Source: an uncultured bacterium
GTDB taxonomy: Bacteria; Hydrothermota; Hydrothermia; UBA1063; CAJXJZ01
Direction: 5' to 3'
DNA: 64,000 nt
Assembly (NCBI GenBank): GCA_913055745.1
Contig: CAJXJZ010000002.1
Coordinates: forward strand, 57,564-121,563
Of this stretch, positions 63,900 to 64,000 are shown piece by piece; the stretch's first letter is position 1; every line of letters begins with the position of its first letter. A program made the position numbers and the translations under genes. Under the pieces are notes generated by a model that saw only the letters and a list, made by a program, of their open reading frames with translations, was not told the DNA's origin and ran no database searches.

Positions 63900-64000
63900 A
63901 TACCCTCCACTATTTCTTTTGCTATTTTTCTATCATCAAAAGGATATTTTTTTTCATTAATTTCCTGAAAGGGTTCATGTCCCTTTCCTGCTATTATCAA
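63896..64000 (-). CDS. murE: UDP-MurNAc-L-Ala-D-Glu--2,6-diaminopimelate ligase, C-terminal fragment (runs off window)
   Basis: C-terminal …IIAGKGHEPFQEINEKKYPFDDRKIAKEIVEG*; TGA overlaps murF ATG (ATGA). Confidence 0.7.
   Translation of the reverse strand: MIIAGKGHEPFQEINEKKYPFDDRKIAKEIVEGI

Noticed and set aside
1-64000. CRISPR arrays, integrases, transposases, prophage or other mobile elements near the six tRNA genes
   Set aside because: No direct-repeat/spacer periodicity, no integrase/transposase/recombinase-like ORFs and no duplicated tRNA 3' ends (att sites) were seen. The tRNA loci are flanked by housekeeping genes.

Overview
This 64 kb window is a gene-dense, mostly housekeeping chromosomal segment of a diderm bacterium with about 38% GC. 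Two secreted proteins carry C-terminal domains resembling type-IX-secretion (T9SS) sorting domains, and the window also encodes Lnt, KdsB, a GT9 heptosyltransferase-like enzyme and a fused formiminotransferase-cyclodeaminase. I infer a member of the FCB superphylum (Bacteroidota, Ignavibacteria, Calditrichota and relatives); this is an inference only. I found no CRISPR array, integrase, transposase or prophage signal.

Content, left to right:
- a partial secreted protein
- a tRNA-Cys/tRNA-Leu pair
- thrC, a PilT-like protein with degenerate ATPase motifs, and kdsB
- tRNA-Asp, pgk and RNase HIII
- an operon of three tandem amidohydrolase paralogs followed by a T9SS-type M14 carboxypeptidase
- a TPR protein carrying a degenerate GGDEF domain
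- a PiT phosphate transporter with a DUF47/PhoU-like partner
- a fused delta-beta subunit plus gamma subunit of a 2-oxoacid:ferredoxin oxidoreductase, with no alpha subunit nearby
- ndk, a hypothetical protein, an atypical OTC-family transcarbamylase and a Nudix hydrolase
- an Arn-like polyprenyl-phosphate-sugar cluster (ugd, UDP-xylose-synthase-type decarboxylase, small 4-TM flippase-like protein, GT2, GT-C transferase, LPG-synthase-TM-like protein)
- tRNA-Pro, mnmA and purF-purL-purQ-purS
- a CBS/CorC protein, DUF502, an FAD oxidoreductase, an aminotransferase and a GT9 enzyme
- metG, then a TPR lipoprotein, a SpoIID-like protein, a GH15-like protein and a split PIG-V-like mannosyltransferase
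- a 948-aa repeat-rich T9SS-type secreted protein translationally coupled to lnt
- a substrate-binding protein, cysS, ftcD, tRNA-Gln and tRNA-Phe
- the cell-division/cell-wall (dcw) cluster ftsZ-ftsA-murB-murC-murG-ftsW-murD-mraY-murF-murE(partial)

Most interesting:
1. The Arn-like cluster built around a UDP-xylose-type sugar nucleotide, suggesting an undecaprenyl-phosphate-pentose envelope modification.
2. The triplicated amidohydrolase plus secreted M14 carboxypeptidase operon, in which the first paralog has degenerate metal ligands.
3. The PilT homolog lacking Walker A, Walker B and His-box motifs.
4. The oxidoreductase delta-beta/gamma pair without an alpha subunit.
5. The PIG-V-like glycosyltransferase interrupted by two homopolymer frameshifts.

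All functional calls rest on motif recognition by eye. No database search was run.
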